From the NCBI GenBank assembly GCA_965219575.1, contig OZ244779.1, forward strand, positions 1,612,769 to 1,676,768: a DNA stretch of 64,000 nt. Reading direction: 5' to 3'. The stretch is from Candidatus Oxydemutatoraceae bacterium. GTDB lineage: Bacteria; Pseudomonadota; Gammaproteobacteria; Poriferisulfidales; Oxydemutatoraceae. The position numbers and the translations under genes were made by a program. Shown here piece by piece: positions 25,063-40,000 of the stretch; position 1 is the stretch's first letter; every line of letters starts with the position of its first letter. The notes under the pieces were generated by a model, which was given only the letters and a program-made list of their open reading frames with translations, ran no database searches and was not told where the DNA came from.

Positions 25063-28000
25063 CTCTATTATATTCGTTGCCGAGGTTCGCAACAGAGTCA
25101 CGGTATAGGTTCGACTCTTCCCGCTCTGTGGAGTTATGACTATAGTAATGTCTCTACTCATTCCGGGCTCAATAGAAACCGCTAGGCTTGCCGATCGGCT
25201 GGCGGGACCCAAGTTACTCAGTCCGTCTCCGATCACCAGTGTTGTACTCGTAGCGAAGGCCGTTGCGGTTATCGTCGTATTTGATATGTCGCTAGGCAAT
25301 TCCACGGTGTAGTTGTTCTGTTGACTTGCCGAGTTCATGTCAAACATAAATCCCGGCACTGTGCCTTGAGATGTGCGTAGCATACTCAACCTCGTGTCTT
25401 GGTTTGCTTGCCGGCTGATAGTCACCGTATAGGTTTTCTGTACGCTGCGTTGTTGTGCGGTCACTACAATTCGCGCTATCTTAGTCTCACCTTCGGCTAG
25501 AGAAATATCGGAACCTATCGTTTCCGTATCACCGTCTACCGTAAGACTGATCGTCGCATCGGGATGTTCGGCTTGCGCTTGTAGCCTAACACTCGTTATC
25601 TTATCGTCGACTATCGGATTGGGAATTGTATAGACATAGTTGGAACTCGTCGCAAAGTTGCCGAATTCGGCAAGTATCTTTTCTCCCGACACAATACGCA
25701 AGGCACTCAAATCGGCATTGCTACTCGGGTCACGACTTATCGTCAAGGCATAGCCTTGGGTTGTCTCGCCGTCTTGCGCAGTCACTACGATGCGCAGGGT
25801 TCGAAAAGCACCGGTATCGGCAATGGTCACCGGTCTGCCGATCATGTTGCGAGCGGAATTCGTCTCTTCGTCCAAGGTAATTGCCACCGCTGCTTGCGAG
25901 TGTGTCGTTGTCACGGTCACGGTCGTATTCGATGTGTGTTCGTCTAGGGTTGCGGTATAGGTTCCATCGCCTTTATCTACTACCGATGCACCGACCACGG
26001 CGATATCCGCCAAACTCGTATCATCACTGCTCTCTCGGATTATCACCAAGCTATAAGTCGCAGATGTAATCCGGTTCCCGGCAATCACTTTGATCGGTAT
26101 GGTCGGCTCGGGTGTATCCAATGCGGCGTTCAGCGTGACCGACTTGTCGGGCATAGACTCCGCCGCATCGCCGTCTATACTAACCGTCGCAGCCGAATCT
26201 GCAGCTCGCGGCGATACTACGATTTGCGTTATGGTCTGGACTTCACGCCCGTCTATTCCGGTGATACGCGCCGTATAAGTTGCGCTCGTACCCTCGTCGG
26301 GTGATCTCAATGTAAGCAGACCCGTACGCGTGTCGTCATCCAACGAAAGCGCAATGCTCGCTAAGTTTGCATTGCTATCGTCGGCTCCGGCACGGGTCAC
26401 GGCGATGGTATAGCCGCGGGTCGTGCTGTCGTCCTGGGAGCTGACCGTAATACGAATGAGTTTTTCTATTTCCGGCACCGTCAAATCAAACGCTCTGTCG
26501 ATCATGCCGATTGCGGTTTCCTCTACACTGTCTATGACCACTTCGATTCTCGCACGCGGATGAGCTTCGGCAACTATTCGAGTGCCGGTGGTGGCATTCG
26601 GAACCTCGAACCTATAGACCTGTGTTCTGCTCGTGGGATCAAAACCCGACAACAAGTTTGCACCGTTTGCATCGAACAATCGCAAATCTCTCAAATCGGC
26701 ATCGTTACTCACCTCGCGGGTCGCACGCACCGTATACATACTTGCCGGCACGCCCGGTGCAGTCAGTGTTACGACAATCTCTCGCGTCTGTCTTAAAGCA
26801 AACGGAATCGTGGCACTCATGTTTTCGGCCGAAATTCTCGAATCGCCGACAACCGATATCGTATACAGAGTGCCGCTTTCACCCTCGGGTAGTGCCGGAC
26901 TCACAACCAGATTTTCACTATCGCTTGCCACCGTCACCGTATAGTTTCTCACCGAAGCATCGAAACTATAAGCATCATCGTCGCTAAGCCCGGTCAGATC
27001 CAGACTCTGTAGAGTTAACGGACGGAATATGCTGACAGTATAGGTCGCCTCGGTAACGCCGTCGGCAGTGTTATCGGCACGGCTTATGAGGATATTTATT
27101 CGGTTCTCACCTCTCGCCAACGGAATAGCTCGAGAAATAGGCGCAGTGGTATTTGCACTTAGTGTCACAAGATTACCGGTCAAGGTGTAGTTGGTGGAGT
27201 CGCCACCTATGCGAATACTTTGAATACTCACACCATTGACATCCACCGATGCGGTTGCCATAGTGGCTGCGATATCCCCACCCGAGAGTGTGCCTATGTA
27301 TTCGGTTCCCGAATTGTCTTCGGAGTCTTCGGTTAAGGTGATACCTGACATTTGAAGCATAAACCTTAGGGCGGTTCTATCGACTGCCGAATCACGATAG
27401 AGTGTCACGGTATAAGTCTGCGTACTCCCATTTTGTGCGGTCACATCTAGGGTAACCGATTTACGCGCACCGGGGTCGATCTCAACCCTCAAACTTGGTC
27501 CCGGCGAGCTAAGTTCTCCGTCTCTGATCAACAATTCTGCATTTGCAGCGTTGACCGTCGCAGTTAGGGTTGTACTTGCTATGTCGTTAGGCAACTCTAC
27601 GATGTAGTCGGTTCGTTGGCTTGCCGAGTGCTCGTTGAATACGAATGTCGGTGCCAATGAGCCCGGTGATACACCCAGCGTTCTCAGTCTCGTATCTCGA
27701 CTTCGCTCGCGAGTCGCACGCACCGTATAGCTATTCGTCACTCCATTCGGTGCTTCAACTATAACGGTAATGACTTTCTGAACTCCTGCGACAAGCGCAA
27801 TCGAAGCTTCACCCGATTCTAAATCCTGCGCCGCCTCCGTGTTCCCGTCGCGGATCGTGTACATAACTCTATTATCTCGATCTATTTGAGACAATACGGG
27901 TCTCACGACGATGTGTTCATTCTCGTTTGCAACCGTGACCGTATAGCTAGTCGTAGAGGGGGCGAAACGATAAGGATCATCGTCGCCGAGTCCGTCCAAA

Positions 28001-31000
28001 CCTAGGGTCTCCAAAACCAGCGGACGAATATCGGTTACGGTATAGCGTTGGGTTGTCTCATTGTCTTCTGCGGTCACGACGATTTCAATCGTATTTTCTC
28101 CGTAAGCTCGCGTAATATTGTATGCGTTAGTACCGGGGTCGGTGGGGGTGAGCAATCTACCGCTGAGATTATCTGCGCTGCGTTGCCTAACTTCAATCCG
28201 TTGCTCTCCTCGGATATTCACACCTAACGCAAAGCTGTTACCGCTAAGGCCTTCTATCTCGTACTCATCTACATCGCCGGCAAAGCTCGGACTTAAGCGA
28301 CCGGGTACCGGCACGATACCATTCAATTCGGCATCGGTATTTCTGAGGGTTATCAGCACGATATATTCTTGGGTTGTCCGTCGATCTTGTGCGGTCACGA
28401 CGATGGTAATCATCGTCGTCCGATCCTCGGTCACTGCGATCACCGAACTCTGTCCGCCTTCGGTTATGACTTCGCCGCGATTGCGCCCCGGTGCAAAAAC
28501 TTCCACCTTATTTACATAGGGTTGTGCGGTCGGTTTTACTCTGACACCGGTCACACTATCGGTGAACGATGCTCGATATTCACCGCCATCGCTTAAGCTA
28601 TCAAAAATTACCAATCGATCAACCGCAACCGACGATTGCGGCAATAGTTCCAATGCCGACAAACGGGCGTCGGTGCTGGGTGTCCGATCTACCGTCAAGG
28701 TGTAATCCTCGCTGTCGTCTTCGCTACCCGATTGTGCGGTTATCCTAATTCGCAACTCCGTACTGTCGCCGGGGTCGTCTAGGGTGATACTCGCTTGCGC
28801 CGCACCCTCTGCTCTTCCGACCTCCGTATTGCTTGCGTCGGTAATCACCACCGTTGCAAATTGATCGCCGGCGGTCACGGTTACGATGCTACTCGTCGTC
28901 GCTTGGTTTAAGGTTGCGTTATAGGTTCCGTCACCGTTATCTACGACCGATGCATCAACCACAGTAATATCTGCCAAGCTCGCATCGCTACTCGGGTCAC
29001 GACTTAGCTCCAAGGTATAGCGTTCGATCGTCTCACTATCCTGCGCAGTCACTACGATGATCAGGGTTCGGGAAGTACCGGTATCGGCAATGGTCACTTG
29101 CCTGCCGAGCATGTTGCGAGCGGAATCCGTCTCTCCGTCCAAAGTGATTGCCACCGTCGCTTGCGAATGGGTCGTTGTCACGGTCACGGTCGTATTCGAT
29201 GTGTTTTCGTCTAGGCTCCTACGGTAAATCCCGTCTCTACCCACCGTTATAGTATCGCCACCGACAATGACACTTGCCAAACTCGCATCCGCACTGCTCA
29301 CCCGGGTTATCACCAAGCTATAGGTCGCAGATGTAGTCCCGTCCTCGGCAATCACTTTGATCGGTATAGCCGGCTCGGGTGTATCCAATGCGGCGTTCAG
29401 CGTGACCGACTTATCGGGCATAGATTCCGCCATATTGCCGTCTATACTAACCATCGCAGATAAGTCTGCAGCCCGCGGCGATACTACGATTTGCGTTATG
29501 GTCTGGACTTCACGCCCGGCTATCCCCATGATACGCGCCGAGTAGGTTCTTTCTCCTTCTTCGTCGGGTGATGTCAATGTAAGTAGGCGACGCATATCGT
29601 CATCCAACGAAAGCGCAATGCTCGCTAAGTTTGCATTGCTACGATCGGCTTCGGCGCGAGTCACGGCTACGGTATAGCCTCGAGTGGTGCTGTCGTCCTG
29701 GGATCTGACTGTAATGCGAATGCGTTTTTCTATTTCCGGCACCGTCAAATCAAACTCCCTGTTAATCGTGCCGGTTGCGACCTCCGCTATACCGTCTATG
29801 ACCACTTCGATTCTCGCATTCGGATGGGCTTCGGCAACCACCCGAGTGCCGGTGGTGGCATTCGGAACATTAAACCGATAGACCTGTGTTTCACTCGTAG
29901 CATCAAAGTCCGGCAACAGGTTCGCATCGTTTTCATCGAGCAACCGCAAATTTCTCAAATCGGCATCCGAACTCTCGGCGCGGTTTATCGTCACGATATA
30001 AGTCCTGCTCGTCGCACCGTTTTGTGAAGTCACCTCAATCCGAACTTGTGCCGAACCTCCTTCGGCTATGGATATAGGCATCGTGCTGTCGGCACCGCTT
30101 TGAACCCGTTCACCGGCGACATCCCCCGGTGCGTGTACGTCGATGACCGCACGAGCATTTTCGGCAGTCGGGCGAATCAATACTTGTGCCACCGAATTGG
30201 CTACATTGAAAGACGGACTTCTATTATTACATTCAATGTCTTCGTTCACTAGCGATCGGTTATCGTCTGCGTCCAAAATGGCTATCGCATCCAAACAATC
30301 GTTATTGCTTTGTACACGGGTGACGGTCAAAGTATGGTCTTTGACCACCTCACCGTTCTCCGCGGTCACGCGAATCAACAATTCTCTACTGTCGCCGGTT
30401 TCGGCGAAGGTGATATCCGCCTCCACTTCTCCTTTTGCGCTCACCAGCCGGGTATTGTTTTCACTAATTACCACCGTTGCGAATTGATCGCCGGCAACGG
30501 CGGTCACGGTCGCCCGCATTACGCTCTCGCCTACGGTTGTGGTATACATCGGTGGGTCGCCTTGTGGCATCAAGCTACCCACCGGCGACACACTCAGCGA
30601 TGCCAAGTTCGCATTCGACCCCAGTATAATCCTTGCCGTCAACTTATAATCTTGGGTCATGCCGTCTTGCGCGGTCACGGTGATAGTAATCTCTTGCCGT
30701 GCCACCGCAATGTCGGCAAGACTCGTCGGAACACCGATCGGGATATCGGTCTTCGTTGCAGTCCGACCACCGACCACATCCGCGCCATCACCGATACTAA
30801 TCGTCACCGTCGCACTGGAATGTGCTGCCGTCGCCGACACCGAGAACCGAGTTACATTTCTGCCAATCACCGCAGTATATTCGGTATTGCTTACCGGAAC
30901 TGCGGTTGCAGTAGTCTCGACTACACCCGGGATGATGATGATCGGTGCGCTACTCAAGCGGGTATCGGAACTGAGGGCGCGACTTATGTTGAGTCTATAG

Positions 31001-34000
31001 CGGTTTATCGTTCTTCTATCGGATGCGGTCACTTTAACCTCAATCGTATTTTGACCTACGCCTAAGCGCAGGCTCGTATCGGGGCATTCATTCGGGGAGT
31101 CACTCTCGGTGCCGGCAACTTTGGTAATTTCAACGGTCGCCTCTTGATCATTCTGCACCGCGTTTACCGAAATACAATTTATTGCGTTTTCAACATCGGG
31201 AAGCGTATATTCCAGTGTGTCGGATATAAAATCGCTCACACTTAAGTTTTCCCTCTCTCCGGAAGTGGAAGACAGCGTATAGAGTATACCTCGCAACCCG
31301 GCATTAGTGCTCGCCCTGCGGGTCGCACGCACCGTATACGTACTTGTCGCCACACCCGGTGCGGTCAGTGTTACGACGATCTCTCTCGTCTGTATTAAAG
31401 CAAACGGAATCGTAGCACTCATGTTTTCGGCCGAAATTGTCGGATCACCGACAACGGATATCGTATACAGAGTGCCGCTTTCACCCTCGGGCAGCACCGG
31501 ACTCACAACCAGATTTTCACTCCCATTTGCCACCATCACCGTATAGTTTCTCACCGAAGCATCAAAACTATAAGGATCATCCATACTAAGTCCGGTCAAA
31601 CCTAGACTCTGCAGGATTAACGGACGGAGTATGTTGACGGTATAGGTCGCTTTGGTAAAGCCGTCGGCGGTGTTATCGGCGCGCCTCAGGACGATACTGA
31701 TTCGGTTCTCACCTCTCGCCAGCGGAATAGATCGAGAAATAGAAGTAGTGGTATTCGCTACAAGATCACCATTCAAGATATTATAGTTCGTAGAGTCGCT
31801 ACCTATGCGAATACTTTGAATACTCACCCCGTTGACATCCACCGATGCCGTTGCCGTAGTGGCTACGATATCCTCACCCGAGAGCGTGCCTATGTATTCG
31901 GTTCCCGAGTCGTCTTCGAGGTCTTCGGTTAAGCTGATACCTGACATTTGAAGCATAAACCCTAGGGCGGTTCTATCGACTGCCGAGTCGCGATAGAGCG
32001 TCACCCTATAAGTCTGCACATTCCCATTCTGTGCGGTCACATCTACGGTAAGCAATTTACGCTCACCGGGGTCGACCTCAACCCTAAAACTCGGTCCTAG
32101 CGAGTTAAGTTCTCCGTCTTTGATCAACAATTCTGCATTTGCATCGTTGACCGTCGCAGTGAGCGTTGTACCGGCTATGTCGTTAGGCAACTCTATGGTG
32201 TAGTCGGTGCCTTGGCTTGCCGAGTTCTCGTTGAATACGAATGCCGGTGCCAATAAACCCGGTGATACGCCGAGCGTTCTCAGTCTCGTATCTTGGTTTC
32301 GCTCGCGGTCGATGGTCACCGTATAGGTTTTACTCGTCTGCCCGTTTTCGGCAAGTACTTTAAATGAGACTATCTTATCCTCGCCTTCGGCGTCAACGAA
32401 GGAAATAGCGTCGCGTATATCGGCATCGGCACCGTCTATCGTAAAATCGATGATCGTCGCACCGGAATGTGCGGGCATCGCTCGCACTCTAATAATCGAT
32501 GTCTTAATGCCGACTATCGGGTTAGGGATCGTATAGACATAGTTGGCACTCGTCGCTAGGTTGCCGAAGTCGGCGAGTGTATTCTCTCCCGATACTACCT
32601 GCAGAGTCCTTAAGTTGGCATTATCGCTCGCCTCGCGGGTCGCACGCACCACATAGTTACTCGTCGTCGCACCCGGTGCTACGAGTGCTACGGTAATGTT
32701 CTTGGGCTTATCCACATCGAGCGGAATTGTGGCACTTCCATTAGCGGCTTGTGACACCTCGTCTTCGGCATCGAAGATCGTATATGCTACGATACCGTTA
32801 TCCCCGGAGAACAGTGTCGGACTCACAACCAGATTGTCACGCTCGTTTGCCACCGTCACCGTATAGTTTCGGGTAAAGGGATCAAAACGATAAGGATCAT
32901 CGTCGCTGAGCCCGCCCAAACCTAGTGCCTGCAAAACCAGTGGACGGATGACGGTCACGCTATAGTGCTGCTCGGTATAACCGTCCTCGGTGCTATCGGC
33001 GCGTCTTACGACGAGGGTGATTCGGTTGGCACCTCGCTGCAACGGAATAGCTTCGGAAATAGGAACAGAAGCTGCATTTGCGCTTAAATCCACGGGATTA
33101 TCGTTCAAAATATAGTCGGTGTTGTCGACACCGATGCTGCGAATACTTACACCGGCGGCGATCGCCGCTGCCGACGCTACGGTTTCGGTCGCGGTGCTGA
33201 TCAGTTCGCCGCGATATTCGGTTCCGGAGTCGCTCACCGGATCAAGTGCCACATCGCTCATTCGAAGCATAAATCCTAAGGCACCTTGGGTCACCGATGC
33301 AGCTCGGGATATCACCACGGTATAAGTTGTGGCTGTTCGATCTTGTGCGGTTACCGAGATGGTAATGTCTTTGCTCATTCCGCGATTAACCGGAACCGTT
33401 AGACTTGCCGATTGCATTGCGCGACCCGAGTTTCTCATTCCGTCTCGGATCACCAGTGTTGCATTGGCATTGGCGGCGGTTGCACTCAGTTCAACATCTT
33501 CGGTGTCGTTAGGCAACTCTACGCTATATTTTCTAACCTCTTGCGTTGCCGTTGAAGCATCAAAGTCGAATTGCGGTATTAACTCACTCGACGATACCGC
33601 CAGCGTACTCAGCCGGGTATCTCGGCTCGCTGCCCGCATGATAGTCACCGTATAGGTTTTCCGGACGCTACGCTGTTGTGCGGTCACCACAATTCGGGCG
33701 CGCTTAGTCTCACCTTCGGCTAGAGAAATGCTCTCATTTATCCTATTGACACCCATAACTCTTGGGGAGGTGTCTTCGCCTATCGTAAGACTGATCGTCG
33801 CATCGGGATGTGCGGCTTGCGCTCGCAGACTAACACTCGTTATCTTATCACCGACGATCGGGTTGGGAATCGTATAGACATGGTTGACACTCGTCGCTAG
33901 GTTGTCGAAATCGGCAAGTGTATTTCTTCCCGACATGATACGCAAAGCACTCAAGTCGGCATTGCGACTGATTTCTCGGGTCGCACGCACCGTGTAGCTA

Positions 34001-37000
34001 TTCGTCACTCCGTTCTCTGCTTCAACAATGACGGTAATGACTTTCGGAACTCCGGCGACAAGCGCAATCGAAGCCGCACCTAATTCCAAATCCTGCGCCG
34101 CTATCTCGGTGTTTCCGTCGCGGATCGTATATATGACATTATTATTTCGATCCGTGTCGGACAATACAGGTCTCACAACGAGGCGTTTATTCTCGTTTGC
34201 AATCGTGACCGTATAGTTAGGCGTAGAGGAACCGAAACGATAAGGATCATCGGTCCTAAGTCCGGTCAAACGCAAATCCTCCAGAATCACCGGACGAATA
34301 TCGGTTACGGTATAGCGTTGTGTTGTCTCACCGGCTTCTGCGGTCACGACGATTTCGATTGTATTTTCTCCGTAAGCTCGGGTAATATCGTATGCGTTAG
34401 TACCGAGGATGGGAACAAGCAGTCTACCGCCGAGATTATCTAAGGTGCGTTGCCTAACTTCAATCCGTTGCCCTCGTTGGATATTCACACCCAGCACAAA
34501 GTTGTTTCCGCTAATACCTTTTATCTCGTAATTGGCTACATTGCCGGCAAAGTTCGGATTTAAGCGACCGGGTGCCGGCACGATACCATTCAATTCGGTG
34601 TCGGTGTTTCTGAGGGTTATCAGTACGACATAGTCTTGAGTCGTCCGTCGATCTTGTGCAGTCACGACGATAGTAATCGTCGTCGTCTCACCTTCGGTCA
34701 CTGCGATCAACGAACTCTGTCCGCTCTCGGTTATGACTTCGCCGCGATCGCTTCCCGGTGCAAAGACTTCCACTTTATTTACATAGCGCTGTGCGGTCGG
34801 TTTTACTCTAACACCGGTCACGATATCGGTGAACGATGCCCGATATTCACCGCCATCGCTTAAGCTATCAAAAATCACCAACGGCTCAACCGCAACCGAC
34901 GATTGCGGCAATAGTTCCAATGCCGACAAACGGGCATCGGTGCTGGGTGCCCGATCTACCGTCAAGGTGTAATCTGCACTGTCGTCTTCGCTACGCGATT
35001 GTGCGGTTATCCTAATTCGCAACTCCTTACTGTCGCCGGGGTCGTCTAGGGTGATACTCGCTTGCGCCGCACCTTCTGCGCTTCCGATCTCCGTATTGCT
35101 TGCGTCGGTAATCACCACCGTTGCAAATTCGTTGCCGGCGGTCACGGTTACGATGCTACTCGTCGTCGCCTCACCTACGGTTGCGGTATAGGTTCTGTCA
35201 CCGTTATCTATTACCGATGCACCAACCACGGTAATATCCCTCAAACTCGCATCGCGACTCGGATCACGACGCACCGTCAAGGTATAGGATTCCATCGTCC
35301 TGCCGTCTTGCGCAGTCACTACGATGCGCAGATCTCTGGAAGTACCGGTATCGGCAATGGTCACCGGTCTGCTGAGCATGTTGCGCGTGGAATTCGTCTC
35401 TCCTTCCAGGGTAATTGCCACCGTCGCTTGTGAATGGGTCGTTGTCACGGTCACGGTCGTATTCGCCGTGTGTTCGCCTAGACTCGTAGTATAAGTTCCG
35501 TCTCTACCCACCGGCAAAGTAGTACGACCGACAATAACACTTGCCAAGCTCGCATCCGCACTACTTTCTCGGGTTATCACCAAACTATAAGCCGCAGATG
35601 TAGTCCGGTCCTCGGCAATCACTTTGATCGGTATAGCCGGCTCCGGTTTATCCAATGCGGCGTTCAGCGCGACCGACTTATCGGGCATAGACTCGGCCGC
35701 ACCGCCGTCTATACTAACCGTCGCCTCTCCGTCTTCGGCACGCGGTGACACTACGATTTGTATTATGTTTTGAACCTCAAGCCCGGTTATCCCGGTGATA
35801 CGCGCCGAATAGGTTGTGCTTGCATCCTCGTCGGGTGATGTCAATGTGAACAAAGACGTACGCGTATCGTCATCCAACGAAAGCGCAATGCTCGCTAAGT
35901 TGGCATTGCTACGGTCGGCTCTGGCGCGAGTCACGGCGATGGTATAGTCTCGAGTCATGCTGTCGTCCTGAGAGCTGACCGTAATACGAATGCGTTTTTC
36001 TCTTTCCGGCACCGTCAAATCAAATGCCCTATTAATCGTGCCGGTTGCGGTCTCCGCTATACCGTCTATGACCACTTCGATTATCGCACGCGGATGAGCT
36101 TCGGCCACCACCCGAGTGCCGGTGGTGGCATTCGGAACATTAAACCTATAGACCTGTGTTTCACTCGTAGGATCAAAGTCCGGCAACAGGTTTGCATCGT
36201 TTGCATCGAGCAACCGTAAATTTCTCAAATCGGCATCCGAACTCTCGGCGCGGTTTATCGTCACGATATAAGCCCTGCTCGTCGCACCGTTTTGTGATGT
36301 CACCTCAATCCGAACTTGTGCCGAACCGCCTTCGTCTATGGATATAGGCATCGTGCTGTCGGCACCGCTTTGCACCCGTTCACCGTCGGCATCCCCCGGT
36401 GCGTGTACGGCGATGACCGCTTGGCTGTTTTCGGCAGTCGGACGAATCAATACTTGTGCCACCGAATTGGCTACATCGAAAGACGGACTTCTATTATTAC
36501 ATTCAATATCTTGGTTCACCAACAATCGGCTATCGTCTGCGTCCAGAATGGCTATCGCATCCAAACAATCGTTAGTGCTTTGTGCGCGGGCGACGGTCAA
36601 AGTATGGTCTTTGACCATCGCACCGTTCTCCGCAATCACGCGGATCAGCAAGTCTCTACGGTCGCCGGTATCGGCGAGGGTGATATCCGCCATCCCCTGT
36701 CGCTTTGCACTCACCAGCCGGGTATTGTTTTCGCTGATTGTCACCGTTGCGAATTGATCGGCGGCAACGGCGGTCACGGTCGCATCTCCCACACTTTCGC
36801 CTAGAGTTGTGGCATACATCGGAGGGTCGCCTTGTGGTATCAAGCTACCCACCGGCGATACACGCAACGATGCCAAGTTCGCATTTGATCCCAGTATAAT
36901 CCTTGCCGTCAACTTATAATTTTCGGTTGAGCCGTTTTGTGCGGTCACGGTAATAGTAATCTCTCGTTGTGCCACCGCAATGTCGTTAAGACCCATTGGA

Positions 37001-40000
37001 ACACCGATCGGGATATCGGTCTTCGTTGCCGTCCGACCACCGATTGCATCCGCGCCATCACCGATACTAATTGTTACCGTCGCAGCGGGATGTGCAGCCG
37101 TCGCCGACACCGAGAACCGGGTTACATTTCTGTCAATCACCGCAGTATATTCGGTATCGCTTCCCGGAACTGCGATTGCCGGAGTTATGGCGACACTAGG
37201 GATGATGATTAGCGGTGCGCGACTCAAACGGATATCGGAACTGAGCGCGCGACTTATATTGAGTCTATAGCGGTTTATCGTTTTTCTATCGGATGCGGTC
37301 ACTTTAACCTCAATCGTGTTTTGACCTGCACCTAAGCGCAGACTCGTATCGGGACATTCGATCGGGGAGTCGCTCTCGGCACCGGCAACTTTGCTAATCT
37401 CGACGGTCGCCTCGCCGTATTGATCATCCTGTAGTGCTCGTACTAAAATACAATCTATTGCGCTTTCAACGCCGGGAAGCCTATACTCCAGCTTGTCCGG
37501 CACAAAATCGCTCACACCTAAGCTTTGAGGATCCCTCTCTCCCGAGGAAGAGGACAGCGTATAGAGTATACTTCGCAACCTGGCATTTTTACTCGACAAT
37601 CGGTTGACGACCAGCGTGTAGGTTTGCGATGTGATTTTATCGTGGGCAATTATTTTCAATTCTATTTCGTTTTCGCCTAGGACAAAAAGCGGTTCGCTTT
37701 CGGGACGATCTCTGGTAACCGAACCCGTCTCCAGTCCGCTTAAACTCAACGGTATACCGTTCCATAGAATGGCGGTGATTTTGGTGTCCTGCGGTGTCAC
37801 CCTCAAGCTGACGGTTCTTTGATCGTTGGCAACCTCGACGGTATAGCTTCGTGTCGTCGGGTTAAACACACTTAGCACATTGATGTCATCGTCGTTGAGT
37901 ACTTGCAGGTCTCGCAATTCGGCATCGGTACTTCTGAGACGAGTAATCGTAAGCGTAGTAGCTTGTTGTTCTCCTAATGCCGAAGTGCCGATCACCATCG
38001 TATTGTCGTCGTAGTTCAACGGCACCGATACGATTTTCTCTATTCTATCGGCAAGCACTCGGGTATCGGTCGTAATCGGTGCAATATCCGCACTCAGTTC
38101 GGATACGACTTGCAGATCGGTTGCGAATGTCACCCTAACTTGCGATGTTTCGGTGGGAACGACCGCAGTATAAATGTGTCGCGTAGAAGCGAATGTCGGC
38201 ACCAGTGTAACCGTAGTCGCTTGTGCATAAGTCAATACCAAGTCCTGCAAATCCAAGCTGTATTCACGCACAACGACGAGCGTATAAACGGTGTCGGTTT
38301 CACGCGGTGCCTGCACCCTGAGTGCTATCGTGTTATCACCGATGTTCAGCGGTAAACTATCAACCCGATTACCGTCGACCTCCACATCGTTGACGAGCAC
38401 CGTGGTTCCCTCTTTGCGCTCGAATTCTATGGTCTCGGAACCCCGCTCGTTGGCGATGGTCGCAAAATATCGGGGCACTTCGGGACGGAATTTCGTAGTG
38501 AAGTCGGTCCCCACCAATCTTAGATTTCTCAATCGGGTATTGTATCGGTGCCAAACAGTTACGCTATACATGGCAACTTCCGGGTCCTCAAATGACCCGC
38601 CCGGTGCCGTCACCGTGAACGCAATGCCGTTTTCTCCCAAAGCCAAGCCACCGATCGTGGCTTGCGCAACCAGCAAGCCGGCTTGCGTCGAGGTCGTAAT
38701 CTCACCGACCGTATTGCCGTCGGATGCGATAACAATATCCACCAACTCGTTGACGCTCGCAATCACCGTGATGGTGCTTATCGCGTTGGGAATATCCGGT
38801 CGCATCCGTAGATCGGCACCCAAATCTCTGATCTCGGTGCCGTCCTCACCTTGCCATTCAACGCGCCAGCCTCGTATCGCAACATCGTACGCACGAAAGA
38901 CCGTATAGGTTCGGGTGCTGGTGTCGTCTTCACCCTGCGATACGACAGTGATTTCGTTGTCGCCGTATTCCAAATCCAGGGTTGTTGCAATTTCATCGGC
39001 AAGCGGCACACCGTTCACCGAGATTGCGCCGCCGATTGCCGTCACATCGAGACGCTCAACTTCGGTCGGCACGCTATAGTTGCGCTCCTCGAACGGGAAG
39101 TTGAAGTCCGGCGATAAATTGTCGGCAGCCAATTCCACATAGATAAAGCCTTCGGTATCGGCAACCGGTGTCTCTCTTAGCACCAATCCGGTAGATGCCT
39201 GTTGCGGTGGAGATGCAACCGTCCGACTATAGCCCTGCCCGTCTATATAGCTCACCGCCACCCTATAATAATCGGCAACCTCGCCGACGACGGTATAGCC
39301 GATACCGTTCGCAGCATTGATGTCCGTCCAGTTGCCTCCCGCTCGTCGCTGCCATTGGTAAGCGATATCGCCGACATCGCCGGCACCGTCGGGGTCTTCG
39401 GCCAGCTTGTCTTTGTCCAGCATCGCTGCGGTGTAAGTGAGACCTATCCGTGTCGGTGTCGTGATGCCGTCTATTGTGCCGTTATCATACTTTGCCACGC
39501 TAAACGAGTGTGCTTGAGTCACGGTTTCCCCGACGGTATCGCTAACCGCCAATGATATATTCACCGTCTCGGCAGTCTGGTCGGCAGCGATGAAATCGTC
39601 GCGCAGATAGAACGAAAGCGTAGCACGGCCCGAGCCACCCGAAACGCGACCGGCGAGCATGGTGCGGTCTAAAAGCCTCACTTGTGTGTCATCTATCGTC
39701 CATCGATAGCGCAGATCGTCGCCGTCGGCATCCGAAAGTTCGCTACTCAGCGTAATAAAATGTCCTTCTCTAATCGGCACCGAAGTGCTTAACGGCTCAC
39801 CGCGTTCATCCATTGCTGCGCGCACCGCGATCGCACTTGCCTCGGGGACTGTATTGAAGGCAATGCGATATTCCACATCCAAATTCTCCTTGCCGCCGAT
39901 CTCGTAAGGTTCGGATACCACGATGCGCACCCGCGTCGCAGTAGTGAAATCGCTGCTCGCGAAATAATTCGCCGAACCGACCGACGGCGGTGCGTCGTTT

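Larger units (their letters stand above)
25075..39150 (-). repeat. C-terminal stalk of about 43 cadherin-like beta-sandwich repeats (about 95-115 aa each)
   Basis: Units start with S-x-[DN]-A-x-L-x-x-L, usually contain FxPxxxxY, and end with VTAxDGxTxxxYTxxVxR; Thr/Val/Ser/Ala-rich. Counted by hand. Confidence 0.8.

Noticed and set aside
25009-26000. RTX/T1SS, autotransporter or sortase-type C-terminus
   Set aside because: No GGxGxD repeats, no beta-barrel with terminal aromatic residue, and no LPxTG or transmembrane helix with basic tail.
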